Notes under the pieces: generated by a model | What the model was told of the DNA's origin: nothing | The model's database searches: none | The model's input: the letters and a program-made list of their open reading frames with translations, nothing else | Shown: one piece after another, positions 1 through 8,372 of the stretch | Position numbering within the stretch: position 1 is the first letter of the stretch | Layout of the letters: every line of letters begins with the position of its first letter | Position numbers and translations under genes: made by a program | Assembly: GCA_963663405.2 (NCBI GenBank) | Contig: CAXXSM010000097.1 | Span: 1 to 16,766 of the forward strand | Reading direction: 5' to 3' | Source of the DNA: a bacterium | Lineage (GTDB): Bacteria; Hinthialibacterota; Hinthialibacteria; Hinthialibacterales; Hinthialibacteraceae | DNA length: 16,766 nt

Positions 1-313
1 CTTTTATCCGCCATTTCATATCTATAAGAATAAGGTCAGATACTCTTAATAACTTCAAAATTATAAACAACTTAAGTTGATTCAATTAGATTCATTATAC
101 ATTACCCTTGTTCTAAGAAGAATCATTAGAGTTTTTTTACTTAACATTGTGGAATGTAACTTGAATAAATAACAATTGGTAAATTGAATAGATTCTTAAT
201 AAGCAGATTGGAAGAATAACTTGAAAGTTTAAAATTCGTCTTGCTTGGGGATGTTGTTATTTTTTAAGAATATAATTTTTTCTGTGATGCTTTTGGTGAC
301 AAATTAAATAGGA
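1..313. promoter_or_regulatory. AT-rich non-coding leader, probable promoter region of the 314-5662 cluster
   Basis: No ORF and visibly far more AT-rich than the downstream genes. Contains a perfect 12-bp palindrome CAACTTAAGTTG (68-79) and recurring TAACTT(C/G)AA words. No unambiguous -35/-10 pair assigned. Confidence 0.5.
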
Positions 314-1459
314 ATGGTTCTTCAATCTAAAATATATCTTAATAATGCTGCAAGCGGTTGGCCTCGGGCGGATGGTGTTTGTGAGAGCGTCAATACATAT
401 CTAAATACGCCTCCTTTCCATCCAGGCCGTGTTTCTTCCAGCAGCCAAGATCCTATTACGGAATGCCGGCGCCGGTTGGCTGACCTCTTGGAGGTAAACG
501 ATCCAAACCGAATCATTCTCACTCAGCATGCGACCCACGCTCTCAATTTAGCAATATTTGGTCTTGGAATTCGTCATCACGGTCATATCGTTGCAACCGT
601 CACTGAACATAATTCAGTCTTACGCCCCATTCATCATCTAAAAGTACGATATCCCAGTTTGAAAATCACAATAATTGGATTGGATGCGAGTTATGCGCTT
701 GATGAAGAAGCGTTTACACACGCCTTGGCCGATTCACCGACACTCGTCGTTCTCAATCATGCGTCCAATGTAACCGGTCGCGTGAATCCTGTGGAGACTC
801 TTTTCGCAGAAGCCAAAAAGAGGGGAGCGATCACCCTCCTCGACGCCGCTCAATCGTTAGGAAATGTGCCCTTATCCGTAAAGTTTTGCAACGCCGACAT
901 GATCGCTTTCACCGGACACAAAGGATTGCACGGCCCCCCTGGAACCGGTGGGCTTTATGTAGATCCCAAACTGGATCTGGAACAGATTTATGTCGGAGGA
1001 ACCGGCGTTCGAAGCGACCTCATGCTCCATCCCCCCGATATGCCAATGCGGCTGGAAGCAGGAACGCCAAACGCTCCGGCATTCGCGGGTTTAGCGGCGG
1101 CTCTGCAATGGCATCAAAAGCATGGCGCCACTCACGCGCAAACAGCGATGGCTTTGAGAGATCGCTTGCGGAATGGATTGAAGGAGGTCCAAGGCGTCAC
1201 TGTGTTCGATGCGGATGAACACGCACAACGGACCAGTGTAGTCTCGTTTCGTATACAGGGTTGGGACGTGGAAGAATTGGGATTCATTTTAGCGGAAAGT
1301 TTTGGAATTATTGGCCGTTCAGGACTACACTGCGCGCCCCTGATCCATCAGGCGATCGGAAGCGCGCCGGAAGGAACAGTGCGTTTAAGCGCTTCTGGAT
1401 TCAATACAGAAGATGAAATTGATTTCGCGATTCAATCCATTAGAAAATTGGCATCATGA
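314..1459 (+). CDS. Cysteine desulfurase / selenocysteine lyase family protein (class V PLP aminotransferase fold, group II SufS/CsdA-like)
   Basis: Motifs YLNNAASGWP, TEHNSV, HASNVTG, LLDAAQS, FTGHK (PLP lysine), EAGTPN, RSGLHCAP (persulfide Cys, RxGxHCA type) and GTVRLS. AGGA upstream of the ATG. Confidence 0.92.
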   Translation: MVLQSKIYLNNAASGWPRADGVCESVNTYLNTPPFHPGRVSSSSQDPITECRRRLADLLEVNDPNRIILTQHATHALNLAIFGLGIRHHGHIVATVTEHNSVLRPIHHLKVRYPSLKITIIGLDASYALDEEAFTHALADSPTLVVLNHASNVTGRVNPVETLFAEAKKRGAITLLDAAQSLGNVPLSVKFCNADMIAFTGHKGLHGPPGTGGLYVDPKLDLEQIYVGGTGVRSDLMLHPPDMPMRLEAGTPNAPAFAGLAAALQWHQKHGATHAQTAMALRDRLRNGLKEVQGVTVFDADEHAQRTSVVSFRIQGWDVEELGFILAESFGIIGRSGLHCAPLIHQAIGSAPEGTVRLSASGFNTEDEIDFAIQSIRKLAS

Positions 1460-1737
1460 ATATTTTGGAAAGAAAAAAAATTGAAGACTGTTTCGACGGA
1501 AGTTCAGTGTATGGGTATGTTTTTGATACGAAATGGACCCGGGAAACGATCCACGAACTCCGTTCCCTCGGTGAATTGGAATATTTTCCCGATTTTCCCC
1601 GCCCCTTTTTCCGTTTGCGTGGAGAGGGCGGTTTACAAGTAAAAGGCGTAGAAGGAGAAAATAATTGCCGTGTAATTTTTCCGAGACAAAAGAAGGAGGT
1701 GGTTCAAGAAAACTTTGAGAAGCACGTTCAAAAATAG
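1456..1737 (+). CDS. Hypothetical 93-aa protein with EDCFDGS motif, translationally coupled to the desulfurase
   Basis: ATGA start/stop overlap at 1456-1459. Globular alpha/beta-like composition. Fills the gap before the next RBS. Confidence 0.8.
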   Translation: MNILERKKIEDCFDGSSVYGYVFDTKWTRETIHELRSLGELEYFPDFPRPFFRLRGEGGLQVKGVEGENNCRVIFPRQKKEVVQENFEKHVQK

Positions 1738-1787
1738 TTTTCATTGCATTATTTATGTGTATTCGTTGCGAATAAAAAGGAGAAACA

Positions 1788-2723
1788 ATGAACCGGCTAA
1801 GTAAAAGACTGTTTAATCTTACATTGGTCCTTGCCTCTTTCCTTGCTCTGCCATTGGGAATCACCGCGCAGGAACCACCGCCCCTGCCTTGTGTCGCGAT
1901 CGAAGGAAGTGGGGGACTTTTTTCTACCTATGCGGCGTATCTAACGAATCCAGCGGCGGAAGGTGTGTTTGGGTTGCCGAAACTATCGTATACCTACGTT
2001 AACCTTGGCCACAGCAGAGATATCAATACATTCGGTATCACCGAAACACTCTGGAACCGCCTTGAATTGGGGTACGCCTATAACATGATGGATGTGGGAG
2101 ACTTACCGGAGGATTTATTAGGCGCCGGATTCAATATCGATGATGACACCGTCGGGCTCCATAACTTCAACGCCCGGATCGCGTTATTGAAAGAGGGGGA
2201 GTTCGATATGCCTTGGCTTCCGGCAGTGACGTTGGGCGTTCATTATAAATACAACGACACGATTGACGACATTAACGATGATCTGAAAGTACCCGCAGTA
2301 CCCCAAGGAGTACTCCGCAGCATTGGTATCGAAGATGACGATGGAGTGGACTTCACACTCTATGCGACCAAATTAGTTACCGAATTACCACGGCCCATGC
2401 TTTTTAGTTTAGGTCTTCGCTGCACAGAAGCGGCTCATATTGGCTTACTCGGTTTTACGGATGATTACAACGTTGTAGTGGAAGGAAGTGTGTTCGCCTT
2501 TGTCACGGATAATCTCTTGATCGGCACAGAATATCGGATGAAGCCCAATGAGTACGATGAGATACCAGGACTCGTGGAAGGGGAAGATGACTGGTGGACG
2601 ATCTGCGCTGGTTATATCGTCAACGAGCATATGACGATTTCCGCTGGGTACGGCCATTTTGGAGATGTGCTCAACCACGAGGCGAATGGTTCCTGGGCTG
2701 TTCGTGTCAATTGGGAATTTTAG
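1788..2723 (+). CDS. Outer-membrane beta-barrel protein, DUF3034-like
   Basis: RBS AAAGGAG. Sec signal peptide (MNRLSKR, hydrophobic stretch, ITA/QE). IEGSGGL motif near the mature N-terminus, alternating aromatic beta strands, PAVTLGVHYK, GTEYRMKP, EDDW, and C-terminal VRVNWEF with terminal Phe (BAM signal). Confidence 0.75.
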   Translation: MNRLSKRLFNLTLVLASFLALPLGITAQEPPPLPCVAIEGSGGLFSTYAAYLTNPAAEGVFGLPKLSYTYVNLGHSRDINTFGITETLWNRLELGYAYNMMDVGDLPEDLLGAGFNIDDDTVGLHNFNARIALLKEGEFDMPWLPAVTLGVHYKYNDTIDDINDDLKVPAVPQGVLRSIGIEDDDGVDFTLYATKLVTELPRPMLFSLGLRCTEAAHIGLLGFTDDYNVVVEGSVFAFVTDNLLIGTEYRMKPNEYDEIPGLVEGEDDWWTICAGYIVNEHMTISAGYGHFGDVLNHEANGSWAVRVNWEF

Positions 2724-2825
2724 AACAAAACGTCGTTTAGATTCGATGATTAATGAAGCGAATAGGTAAAAAGAATGGTTAAGTTTAATCTCAAATAAGC
2801 AACTCAGATTGGAGGAGAAACACAA

Positions 2826-3017
2826 ATGGGTGATAAGTTGAATCAACTCTATGATTTCGCTCAAAAAGCAGGTGGAGTGGAAGCGAAAATGCGGTTGGCT
2901 GTTGTTACGGGTATTTCATCTTTGAAAGCCAAAACCGAACCGGATTCCCCGGAAAACATCGCCAAACTCAAAGCCGGAATCAAAGAAGTTACTGGCAAGG
3001 ACGCCCCAAACGTATAA
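2826..3017 (+). CDS. Small hypothetical helical protein (63 aa)
   Basis: Strong RBS GGAGGAG, Lys/Ala-rich amphipathic sequence, 21 bp before the next gene, no signal peptide. Confidence 0.85.
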   Translation: MGDKLNQLYDFAQKAGGVEAKMRLAVVTGISSLKAKTEPDSPENIAKLKAGIKEVTGKDAPNV

Positions 3018-3038
3018 TCGCGGAAAGGAAAAAAAGTC

Positions 3039-3576
3039 ATGGCGCTTATGAAAAAAACCGAAATCGTTCTCGACCATCAGTTCGACCGGAAAACTTGCCG
3101 GCACACGCTAAATGGAGAATTGCATGTGCTCCACTGTCATCATTACGCCACGCTCTATAGCCGTTTAGCGGATGACTGTGGAATGTTGGATGGGAAAAAA
3201 CTCTTAACGGAAGTCGCGGAAGATGTCTTTTTCGATTTGCTCATCAAATACTTCAATGAACACGCGATAACCAGCCTGCCTGATAAATTTACCATTGCTG
3301 AACAGTACTACGCGGCTACTGGATTGGGACAAATGAATGTCGTCTGCGCCGGTCCAGAATCCGGTGAAGTGGAGCTGCTTCACTCCCACGTTGATGAAGG
3401 ATGGATCAAAAAATGGGACAAGCGCAGCGCGCCCGTCAATTTCATCACTTCGGGTTACATTGCGGGAATGTTCAGCGCGGTTTTTGAACGTCCCACCCCG
3501 TTCGTTCCAGGTCGTCGAAAAAGCAAGCATTGTCATGGGCGATGAAAAATCTCGATTTGATATCGTCGTGAAATAA
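3039..3576 (+). CDS. V4R (4-vinyl reductase)-domain protein A, about 178 aa, one +1 frameshift
   Basis: Removing one C from the C4 run at 3496-3499 joins ORF 3039 to the frame ending at TAA 3576 (...FERPTRSFQVVEKASIVMGDEKSRFDIVVK). V4R features: TGLG, SGYIAGMFSAVF, ExxxxxMGDxxxRF. N-terminal HVLHCHHY motif. Confidence 0.8.
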
Positions 3577-3591
3577 AAGGAGGCGTGAATA

Positions 3592-4207
3592 ATGGCAATC
3601 AATCGAAAAAGTATCATAGAAAATATGGCCAAAATTGAAGTGATGGGTAACGACGAAGGTCTCATTCCCGGATTTAACGTCTTCGTCACCCAACTTCCCG
3701 CCGCGTTTTGGAATGGATTCGCCGAACGCTTGACTCGCTTGGTGGATGACGATTTACTCGAATCCGCTGAATGGCTTCTCGTCAACGCCGCACATGAATG
3801 CGGCTACCACACAGGCTACGGAATCATTACTTCTGACGAATGGAAAGCCGTCGTGGCGCCGATGGTTGAAAACGTTCCGGAAGATATTCTTCACGGCGCC
3901 TTCGCTGTTTTTACCGCCTGGGGATGGGCAAAAAGCGAAATCGTTGAACTGATTCCGAATGAGAAAATGGTTGTCCGCGCATACGACTATTATGAATCGG
4001 ACGTCGCCTCATATGGTCAATTCAAGTAAACCCAGCGCCTACATGATTCGAGGTGTCTGCGCCGCATTTATGGATTTAGCCTATGGAGGGGAATATAATC
4101 CCACTGGGCAAACCGGACTGCGTACATTCCAATGCGCCCAAACAAAAGGTATTGAATGTGGAGATGATTATGGTGAGTTTGTCGTGACGCGCAGTGAAGG
4201 GGTCTAA
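3592..4207 (+). CDS. V4R-domain protein B, about 204 aa, one +1 frameshift
   Basis: RBS AAGGAGG. Removing one base near 4021-4022 joins ...DVASYGQ to SSKPSAYMIRGVCAAFMDLAY...QTKGIECGDDYGEFVV. V4R features: AWGWA, RGVCAAF, GDxxxEF. HECGYHTGYG motif. Confidence 0.8.
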
Positions 4208-4224
4208 AAGGGATATATACAACA

Positions 4225-4261
4225 CGGGGGAGATTAGACATATGGTTTCTAATCTCCCCCG
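4225..4261. repeat. Perfect 14-bp inverted repeat (stem-loop) between V4R-B and the chemoreceptor
   Basis: CGGGGGAGATTAGA (4225-4238), 9-nt loop, TCTAATCTCCCCCG (4248-4261). No U-tract follows on the + strand. Confidence 0.85.
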
Positions 4262-4308
4262 ATATAAGAAGATTCGCATTACTGTTCACTGCCTGAGGAG
4301 ATAACATC

Positions 4309-5662
4309 ATGAAATGGAATGATCTTACATTTTGGAAGAAAAGCACAATTGGCTTTGGTATTCCTCTCTTACTGATATGCCTTTTTACTGGATGGGTAGT
4401 CTGGGAAATGAATTCGATCAGCGCGGAGGTTGGATCTTTTCAGGCGGATGTAGATCAAGCGCAAACTACTCTTCAGCAATCAATCAGCAAATTCGATCAA
4501 TTGCGCAAAACGGAATCCCATACGTCCCTTCAACAAATTCAAACTGAATTAAAAGAAGTCATCAATACTAACTTCGGAGAAACCGGCGCCGTAATTCAGA
4601 ATCACGTTCAAAATGCGCGTCGCCGCGCGCTTGTATTTTGTGGCGTTGCGATCATATTGATTTTGATTACGACTACGATCTTCTCGAAAAGAATCTCCGG
4701 TTCACTAAAAAAGAGTATACGATTTGCGGAACAACTTGCGGAGGGGGATCTCAGCGTAACAACCGCCATCAATCAGAAGGATGAAATCGGCATCCTGACA
4801 GCGGCGATAAATTCAACTCGAATTAAAATCCGTGAGATTATTCTTGGAATCCGAGAAGCAGTGGATCAAGTCGCAGCCAGCGCCGATCAACTCGCGACGT
4901 CCTCTCAAAGCCTAGCCCAATCCGCCACGGAACAAGCGTCGAATATCGATGAAATCTCAACGACGATCGAACAACTCGCCAACTCCATTGAACATAACGC
5001 GGGCCGTGCGCAGCAGACGAGTGAAATGACAGTCAAAGCGTCTCTCGAATCGGAAAGAAGGGGGATCAACCGTTTTGGACATTGTAAAGTCCATGAACGA
5101 TATCGCCCAAAAAATCTCTATCATCGACGATATCGCGGATCAGACAAATCTCCTCGCTCTAAACGCCGCTATTGAAGCGGCTCGCGCAGGGGAATCAGGG
5201 AAAGGATTCGCAGTCGTAGCGGTCGAAGTGCGCAAACTGGCGGAGCGGAGCCAGGTCGCCTCGAAAGAAATCACCCAGATGACAAGCGATAACGTACAAC
5301 AGGCGAAAATGATCGCCGATTACTTGATTGACAATGTGGTCTCAGGTATTCAGAACGCTTCACAAATGGTCCAAGAAATCGCGGAAGCCAGTTCCGCGCA
5401 ATCCAATAACACGAAAGAAGTACAGGAATCTATATCTCAACTTGATGCGATTACACAGCAAAATTCCGCCGCCAGTGAACAATCAGCCTCGGCCAGCGAG
5501 CAACTGGCCAGCCAAGCGAAAGCGCTGCAAGAGATGATTCAATTTTATAAAATCAATGCAAATGAAAATATGGATAAAACGAGATCTTCTTTTTATAAGG
5601 CAACCGTTCAAACCACGGCTCTTCTCGATTCGCCCGATTTCGAAGATAATACATTCGAGTAA
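4309..5662 (+). CDS. Methyl-accepting chemotaxis protein (2 TM, short periplasmic domain, HAMP, signalling domain), about 450 aa, one +1 frameshift
   Basis: RBS GAGGAG. TM1 and TM2, HAMP (AEGDLS...QKDEIGIL), hairpin tip [37 protein letters not shown]. Removing one G at 5052-5053 restores ...[13 protein letters not shown]... Confidence 0.93.
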
Positions 5663-5808
5663 TAAAATGATTTTACGTCCATACACTGACCGCATCCCCT
5701 TCCCGCCTTCTGGTTGACAAGTGATCCATTCCTGATTGAAAATAAAGTATATACTATTTTACCTCTCTCGTATTGAGAGTATTAATCATTAAAGATGAAA
5801 GGATCTCG

Positions 5809-7671
5809 ATGAAATCGTTCGTGTTCTATCTCTGCTTGTTCTTATTGATTACATCGGCTCTCACCGCCACAAATGCGGTTGAAGTTCTTCAATCACCGAA
5901 TGGGAAAACCGCTTTATCTTTCGAATTGAGGGATCGCGGCGGTCTGCGTTACGGTGTTTCATATTGTGGAAAACCAATCCTCATTGAATCGCGATTAGGT
6001 ATAATTTTCCAAGACGCGCCCCCGTTGGAAGAAGGCTTTCAAATTATCGAACGCAAGAAGAGCCATCACGATCAAACCTGGAAACCTGCTTATGGAGAGA
6101 GAAACGAGATCCGCGATCGATACAACCAATGGATCGTCGATCTGAAAGAAAACCAGGCGCCGCACCGGCGGCTTCAATTGATCTTTCGCGCATATGACGA
6201 AGGAATCGCGTTCTGCTATACACTGCCGGAACAAGAAACGCTGCAGGATATCACCATCCAATCCGAGAAAACACAATTCCGTTTTACTGCCCCTCATTAC
6301 ACATGGCCTGTGTATTCGGCGCAGGGGGCGTATGAAAAGACACGCATTGATGATGTCAAATCGAACTGCGAAAGACCGCTGACCGTGAAGATCGAAGATG
6401 GCCCGTTCGTTGCGATCGGTGAAGCGCGTTTGGTCGATTACGCCCGGATGCGTTTACAACCGGTTCCCGAAAATCCGCATACGCTGGAAAGCCAGTTGGC
6501 CAGCCCCGTGACCGTTTCGGCGCCGTATACCACCCCCTGGCGCTTTTTGATGATCGCCGATACGCCGGATCAGCTGATTGAGCGGAATTACTTGATTCTT
6601 AACTTGAACGATCCATGCGAGATCGAAGACACCTCTTGGATCAAACCGGGCAAGGTGATACGCGAAGTGACGCTGACCACCGAAGGGGGCAAAGCCTGCG
6701 TCGACTTCGCCGTCGAACATGGATTGCAATACATCGAATACGACGCGGGTTGGTATGGAAACGAACGCAGCGAGTCCTCCGACGCGAGAACCGTCTCACG
6801 CAATCCAAAGAAATCCGGCGTTAAAGGAGAATTGGATTTACACGAAGTGATCCGGTACGCGGATCAGCATGGCATCGGTGTTATTGTCTATGTGAACCGC
6901 ATCCACCTGGAACGCCAGCTGGATGAAATCCTTCCGCTCTATCGATCATGGGGAATCAAAGGCGTCAAGTATGGATTCGTTCAGGTCGGCTCACAACAAT
7001 GGACGCGATGGCTGCATGAAGCGGTCCGCAAAGCGGCGGCGAATCATTTGATGGTCGATATCCACGACGAATACCGCCCCACCGGATACAGCCGCACCTA
7101 CCCGAATTTATTAACCCAAGAAGGCATCCGTGGCAACGAAGAAATGCCTCCTGCGGAGAACACATTGATCCTCCCGTTCACCCGTGGACTCTGCGGCGCG
7201 GGGGATTACACAGTCTGCTGGAACAGCACCCGGATCAAGACCACCCACGCGTTCCAACTGGCCACGCCGGTCGTCTTCTACAGCCCGTTTCAGTTTCTCT
7301 TCTGGTACGACCGTCCACAACAAATTAAAGATGAGCCGGAGCTCGAATTCTGGAAAACCATGCCAGTCGTTTGGGATGAAACCCACGTGATTCAAGGCTC
7401 CATCGGTGAATACATTACAATGGCTCGCCGCACGGGAGATGAATGGTACATCGGCAGTTTAAACGCTGTCCGTCAACGCGCATTGGAGATCTCCTTGTCG
7501 TTTCTCCCCTCGGATCAGAAATTCACAGCGTCTATCTATTCCGACGCCGATCCACAAGGCGCATCCCCAAGAAAAGTTTCCATCCAACATATGACGGTAG
7601 ACTCAACCTCTATAATCAAAGCCGATTTAGCCGCGAATGGAGGACAGGCGGTCCACTTGTCGCCCCAATAG
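5809..7671 (+). CDS. Glycoside hydrolase family 97 (secreted alpha-glycosidase)
   Basis: Start moved to the ATG at 5809 (AAAGGA upstream, signal peptide follows). Motifs SPNG, FRAYDEGIAF, TPWR, SWIKPGK, DAGWY, RTYPN, EGIRGNE, LPFTR, WDET, ARR. Confidence 0.93.
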   Translation: MKSFVFYLCLFLLITSALTATNAVEVLQSPNGKTALSFELRDRGGLRYGVSYCGKPILIESRLGIIFQDAPPLEEGFQIIERKKSHHDQTWKPAYGERNEIRDRYNQWIVDLKENQAPHRRLQLIFRAYDEGIAFCYTLPEQETLQDITIQSEKTQFRFTAPHYTWPVYSAQGAYEKTRIDDVKSNCERPLTVKIEDGPFVAIGEARLVDYARMRLQPVPENPHTLESQLASPVTVSAPYTTPWRFLMIADTPDQLIERNYLILNLNDPCEIEDTSWIKPGKVIREVTLTTEGGKACVDFAVEHGLQYIEYDAGWYGNERSESSDARTVSRNPKKSGVKGELDLHEVIRYADQHGIGVIVYVNRIHLERQLDEILPLYRSWGIKGVKYGFVQVGSQQWTRWLHEAVRKAAANHLMVDIHDEYRPTGYSRTYPNLLTQEGIRGNEEMPPAENTLILPFTRGLCGAGDYTVCWNSTRIKTTHAFQLATPVVFYSPFQFLFWYDRPQQIKDEPELEFWKTMPVVWDETHVIQGSIGEYITMARRTGDEWYIGSLNAVRQRALEISLSFLPSDQKFTASIYSDADPQGASPRKVSIQHMTVDSTSIIKADLAANGGQAVHLSPQ

Positions 7672-7748
7672 ACCGGAGAGAAATCCTATTCTTTTTCCAA
7701 AAACTACATCGTAAATTCTATATGTAACATTGATGAAATATACAATCC

Positions 7749-8282
7749 TTACCCCGTATATGGCGCCGCTTCAATATCCACATTCAATTCCCGCTCGAGT
7801 TCTTCCATCTCATTTTGGAAGGATTGAATAGACAGATCAGGCGGGACAAGCACAGTGGCGTTCATTGAAAAAATATGGGCGCCGCTCACTGGCGCGCTCA
7901 CCATATCCGTATCCATCGTTTCAATGTTGATCTTATGTTGAACTAAACACTGCGCGATTTGATGAATGATCCCTTCATGATCCGCCCCCTGGACTTCAAT
8001 TTGATATGGTATCCAACCCACATATCGATCGCTGACTTCGGACATCGTTTGACACGTTGTCACCGAGTAGGAGTCACTTAGAATCCCCTTCGCGGTGGCG
8101 TCGAATTGGTCGTACTGGTCTTCCGGTATGGAGACCATGATCAGCATCGAGAATATCCCCCCTAAACGCGCCATGCGGCTGATTTCCACATTCCCTCCAT
8201 GATTTAATATTTCTTTCGTAACCTCTTCTACGATCCCAATTCGATCGGGACCAGTGACGGTAATGACAAGATTTTTCCGCAT
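7749..8282 (-). CDS. gcvR: Tandem ACT-domain protein, glycine cleavage system transcriptional repressor GcvR-like
   Basis: Two ACT repeats: VTGPDRIGIV...GGNVEISRMARLGG and VQGADHEGIIH...INIETMDT...APVSG. GAGGA upstream of the ATG at 8282. Confidence 0.82.
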   Translation of the reverse strand: MRKNLVITVTGPDRIGIVEEVTKEILNHGGNVEISRMARLGGIFSMLIMVSIPEDQYDQFDATAKGILSDSYSVTTCQTMSEVSDRYVGWIPYQIEVQGADHEGIIHQIAQCLVQHKINIETMDTDMVSAPVSGAHIFSMNATVLVPPDLSIQSFQNEMEELERELNVDIEAAPYTG

Positions 8283-8372
8283 CGGTTTTTTATCCTCTAA
8301 CAATGAAAAAAGTGTTTATTAATCCATAGAATAGCGCGCTGTGGTTATAATTCCATTCGGCTCTGTGATTCT

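Noticed and set aside
314-4207. Selenocysteine (UGA) readthrough in the desulfurase cluster
   Set aside because: No in-frame TGA at a Cys-like position. The TGA at 3543-3545 lies in the post-frameshift wrong frame, and 1457-1459 is a normal coupled stop.
3490-5060. Programmed ribosomal frameshifting or phase variation in V4R-A, V4R-B and the MCP
   Set aside because: No slippery heptamers or long repeat tracts at the shift sites, and the same +1 pattern occurs in unrelated genes at 12-16 kb. Sequencing error is the simpler explanation.
5714-5755. TTGACA and TATACT upstream of GH97 as a sigma70 promoter
   Set aside because: The spacing is 30 bp rather than about 17, and there is no good -10 box at the proper distance.
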